DNA from: Pseudomonadota bacterium
Lineage (GTDB): Bacteria > Pseudomonadota > Alphaproteobacteria > Rhizobiales > Xanthobacteraceae
NCBI GenBank assembly: GCA_023386885.1
Contig: JAEWIX010000064.1
Coordinates: 103,314 to 167,313, forward strand
Reading direction: 5' to 3'
Length of the DNA stretch: 64,000 bases
Program-made: the position numbers and the translations under genes
Notes under the pieces: model-generated
Database searches by the model: none
What the model was told of the DNA's origin: nothing
What the model saw: only the letters and a program-made list of their open reading frames with translations
In this document: piece by piece, positions 61,014 to 64,000 of the stretch
How positions within the stretch are numbered: position 1 is the first letter of the stretch
How the letters are laid out: each line of letters begins with the position of its first letter

Positions 61014-62528
61014 TCATTTGCGAAAGGTTTTGACCTCGGAAATGCTGCCGTCGCGATAGGTCAGCTCCACCGACACCGATTTCGTAACGCCCGGCAGCTT
61101 GAGATATGGCTGTGCTTCGTGCGGGATCGCGTGCGGATCGCGCATGTCACAGGGCGGCATCTTCAGCACCTTGTCCGGCATCGTCGAATCGATACCAATC
61201 CGCACTTCGCGGATGGCGCAGCGATACGACATCAGGTGCGTATAATAGACGAGCAATCCGTTGAATTCGCGAAATGACAGCCAGCTCGTCGCAGTCATGT
61301 CGAGAATCTTGCGCTGATCCCTGATCAACGCGGTTTCGGGATCGAACCGGATCGGAAATGGTCCCTGCATCTCTCCGGTGACATCGACATAACGCTCCAT
61401 GAGCGTCGCGGCCGGTGCATCGGCCGGCAGTTGAATGGAGGGATTCGGCATCCGCTTGCGGGTGCGCGGATCGAGCGTGTCCATGAAGCCGGTTTCGCGG
61501 AAAGGCCCCTGCTCGCCCATCCGCCAAGAAATACCAAGCGTGGGGTCGGCAATCGAAAACACCACCGTCCAACCGCCATTGTGGCGCGAAAAACTGGCGA
61601 TCGGCGCATTCAATGATTCCGCAGCCTCCGGCAGCGGCTTTTGCACCGGCGGCAACGCGGCCACCTTTGTTTCAGCCGGTTTGGGCTCTGTCGCCTTGCC
61701 TGCTTGTGCATCGTCCGACACACGGCCGTTGAGGAAGACATCGTCCACCATCTGGTCGAAATAAGCGGGGATCTGCTTATGCCTGACCGTTTCAGCCATC
61801 TCGCTGACGGTACGACGTGTGCGTTGCGCGATCTGCACCAGATTTGCGCCCGGCTTGACGAGTTCCTTGATGAAGACCCGCGTGAAAACCGAGTTCGGAT
61901 CCGTATCCGAGTTCGACAATCGATCGAGCGCCGTCTGTTGCGGTCCGGCGGAGAAGATCGAGAACGCGCCTTCCGGAAGCGAAGCCATCGCCGCGAGGCC
62001 GCCGCGCCCCGCCAGCGCGCGCGTGCCCTTGCGCTCGAACGGATTGTTGCGGCAGGCATCGAACACCAGAACCGCCGTTCGCGCGCCGCGATTCTGCAAA
62101 CGCTCGATCACGCGATCCGCGAGGATTGAGGAATCGCGCACCAGTTCCTCCTGCCCCGCGGTGGCGGCTGGAATGTCGGTCGGCAACAGATAGTTCTGGC
62201 CGGCGATCTCGAAACCATGACCGGCGAAGAAGAAGAACGCGGTATCACCCTGCTCGACGGCGTTGTCGAAGGCCAGCAGGCTCTCGGAAAATCCCTGGCG
62301 GGTCTGGTTCTCCGCGACCATCACCTCGAACCCGAGCTTCTTCAGCGTGTCGCCCATGGCACGGGCATCGTTGACGGCTTTCTGCAGCTTCGGAACGTTG
62401 CGATAGTCGTTGTTGCCGATCACCAGCGCGACGCGTTTTTCCGCCAGCGCCGGCGACGACATGGCCGTAAACAACGCCATGGCAACGCCAAGCAGCGCAA
62501 AGGCGGAGATGGATTGCGTTCGTTTCAC
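61014..62528 (-). CDS. exported caspase-family (peptidase C14) protein with an unassigned C-terminal domain
   Basis: Signal peptide 'MKRTQSISAFALLGVAMALFTAMSSPALA'. 'ALVIGNNDY', catalytic His 'FFFAGHG' and Cys 'VFDACRNNPF'. Pro-rich linker, then ~200 aa with no motif I recognise. Confidence 0.8.
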   Translation of the reverse strand: MKRTQSISAFALLGVAMALFTAMSSPALAEKRVALVIGNNDYRNVPKLQKAVNDARAMGDTLKKLGFEVMVAENQTRQGFSESLLAFDNAVEQGDTAFFFFAGHGFEIAGQNYLLPTDIPAATAGQEELVRDSSILADRVIERLQNRGARTAVLVFDACRNNPFERKGTRALAGRGGLAAMASLPEGAFSIFSAGPQQTALDRLSNSDTDPNSVFTRVFIKELVKPGANLVQIAQRTRRTVSEMAETVRHKQIPAYFDQMVDDVFLNGRVSDDAQAGKATEPKPAETKVAALPPVQKPLPEAAESLNAPIASFSRHNGGWTVVFSIADPTLGISWRMGEQGPFRETGFMDTLDPRTRKRMPNPSIQLPADAPAATLMERYVDVTGEMQGPFPIRFDPETALIRDQRKILDMTATSWLSFREFNGLLVYYTHLMSYRCAIREVRIGIDSTMPDKVLKMPPCDMRDPHAIPHEAQPYLKLPGVTKSVSVELTYRDGSISEVKTFRK

Positions 62529-62721
62529 CGGGAGACCCCATTTTGTCCGAATCCATGAGGCCAGATTCGGTTTCCGTCATCCAATAGTCGCCGCGTACTT
62601 TGGGGCGGTTCACGGCTCTATACCATCCCAGCGGCCCCATAACGGCGCCCGGAAATCACCCACCGGGGACGATTCTGTGCTCTCCATGGGCGGAATTTCG
62701 GCGCAAAATCCCATATTTGCA

Positions 62722-62749
62722 TTGACTTTAGCCAGTTCGCCCCTATCTT
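62722..62749 (+). promoter_or_regulatory. candidate sigma70-type promoter for the DEAD-box helicase gene
   Basis: TTGACT (62722-62727), 16-nt spacer, TATCTT (62744-62749). It would give a leader of roughly 145-150 nt. Confidence 0.35.
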
Positions 62750-62902
62750 CCGCGTCGATGCGGCCCGGTATCGAAGCGCGATATCTTGGTAAGCCGCCCA
62801 TCGCGTCATTTCCGATCCCCGTGCAGAATTGCGTGCCGCTCCGGGGTTGAGCGCGATAGTCCTTATCCGAGAACCCAAGCGGCAGTTTCGACCAGAGGCT
62901 CA

Positions 62903-64000
62903 ATGTCTTTTTCCAATCTCGGCCTGTCCGACAAGGTGCTCGCCGCCGTGGCGGGTGCAGGCTACACGTCCCCTACCCCCATTCAAGAACAAGCCATTCC
63001 TCATGTTCTGGCACGCCGCGATGTCCTCGGCATCGCACAGACCGGTACCGGCAAGACGGCCGCCTTCGTGCTGCCGATGCTCACGCTGCTGGAACGTGGC
63101 CGGGCGCGCGCGCGGATGCCGCGCACCCTCATCCTCGAACCCACCCGCGAGTTGGCGGCGCAGGTCAAAGAGAACTTCGACAAGTACGGTGCGGGCCAGA
63201 AACTCAATGTCGCCCTGCTGATCGGCGGCGTGTCATTCGGCGACCAGGATCTCAAACTGACCCGCGGCGTCGATGTGTTGATTGCCACTCCCGGACGTCT
63301 GCTCGATCACACCGAGCGTGGCGGGCTGTTGCTGACCGGTGTTGAACTGCTGGTGATCGACGAAGCCGACCGCATGCTCGACATGGGCTTCATTCCGGAC
63401 ATCGAGCGCATCTGCAAGCTCGTGCCGTTTACCCGGCAGACGCTGTTTTTCACTGCAACGATGCCGAATGAAATTCGCCGCGTCACTGAAGCATTTCTGC
63501 ACAATCCGGTCCGCGTCGAGGTGTCCAAGCCGGCTTCCACCGCGGTCACCGTGACCCAGTCGCAGGTCACGACCGGGCGCGAACCGCACGAGAAGCGGGA
63601 AACGCTGCGCCGGCTGCTGCGCGATGCCACGGACCTCAAGAACGCGATCATCTTCTGCAATCGCAAGCGTGAGGTCGCGCTATTGCACCGCTCTCTCCAG
63701 AAGCACGGCTTCAGCGTTTGCGCGCTGCACGGCGACATGGACCAGACCGCCCGCATGGCGGCGCTCGATCAGTTCCGCAAGGGCGAATTGCCGCTGCTGG
63801 TTGCGTCCGATGTCGCGGCCCGTGGCCTCGACATTCCCGAAGTCAGTCACGTCTTCAATTTCGACGTACCCCATCACCCCGACGATTACGTGCATCGTAT
63901 CGGGCGAACTGGACGAGCAGGCCGCACTGGGACCGCGATCTCCATCGTCAATTCAGCCGATCAAAAATCAATCGCCGCCATCGAACGCCTGATCGGCCAA
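62903..64000 (+). CDS. DEAD-box ATP-dependent RNA helicase (5' partial, runs off the window)
   Basis: Hand translation from the ATG at 62903 gives 'MSFSNLGLSDKVLAAVAGAGYTSPTPIQEQAIP...AQTGTGKTAAF...VIDEADRMLDMGF...TAT...HRIGRTGRAG'. Open to the window end, hence missing from the ORF track. Confidence 0.9.
   Translation, partial: MSFSNLGLSDKVLAAVAGAGYTSPTPIQEQAIPHVLARRDVLGIAQTGTGKTAAFVLPMLTLLERGRARARMPRTLILEPTRELAAQVKENFDKYGAGQKLNVALLIGGVSFGDQDLKLTRGVDVLIATPGRLLDHTERGGLLLTGVELLVIDEADRMLDMGFIPDIERICKLVPFTRQTLFFTATMPNEIRRVTEAFLHNPVRVEVSKPASTAVTVTQSQVTTGREPHEKRETLRRLLRDATDLKNAIIFCNRKREVALLHRSLQKHGFSVCALHGDMDQTARMAALDQFRKGELPLLVASDVAARGLDIPEVSHVFNFDVPHHPDDYVHRIGRTGRAGRTGTAISIVNSADQKSIAAIERLIGQ

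Noticed and set aside
60704-62902. tRNA-Ser plus caspase-like gene as a tRNA-integrated island or a gasdermin / defence-type protease module
   Set aside because: There is no integrase, and I noticed no repeat of the tRNA 3' end. The DNA on the tRNA 3' side is the conserved rlpA-dacC-tmk block. The flanking spacers (220 and 374 bp) are too short to hide a gasdermin-size partner ORF. The protease also has a Sec signal peptide, which does not fit a cytoplasmic defence activator.

Overview
High-GC alphaproteobacterial chromosome segment. Gene content, synteny and the palindromic intergenic repeats look Nitrobacteraceae-like (Bradyrhizobium / Rhodopseudomonas / Afipia type), but this is judged by eye, not by search. 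The window is densely packed with core housekeeping genes. I support about 50 CDS, one tRNA-Ser(UGA), one clear bidirectional terminator and three structured repeat elements. Main blocks: accC-accB-aroQ, rne, and many envelope genes (DsbA-like, M48/TPR protease, AmiC-type amidase, PBP1A, M23 peptidase, AsmA-like giant protein, AnmK, RlpA, DD-carboxypeptidase). Also prfB with its programmed +1 frameshift (the ORF track shows only the post-shift part), tyrS, a complete nifS-like + sufBCDS-sufT cluster, a TRAP transporter with CoA-transferase and acyl-CoA synthetase, the dacC-tmk-holB-metG-tatD-MBL string, and a DEAD-box helicase that runs off the right edge and is absent from the ORF track. I saw no transposase, integrase, phage gene, CRISPR array, toxin-antitoxin pair or recognisable defence operon. 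I did not find a convincing novel multi-gene system, and this reads as an ordinary core region. The leads most worth a second look are below. (1) A translationally coupled CHASE3-kinase / receiver / REC-HisKA_2-kinase trio between aat and accC. (2) A Bcp peroxiredoxin with a roughly 105-aa histone-H1-like Lys/Ala-rich N-terminal tail. (3) A Sec-exported caspase-like (C14) protein with an unassigned 200-aa C-terminal domain. (4) Paired palindromic repeats inserted in two intercistronic spacers of the suf operon. (5) A 722-bp rne leader/spacer containing a duplicated 13-nt motif. The many long ORFs antisense to real genes are GC-driven shadow ORFs. Start codons of several genes were moved inward from the track ORF on the basis of homolog-like N-termini, signal peptides or Shine-Dalgarno (SD) sequences, and these remain uncertain by a few codons.
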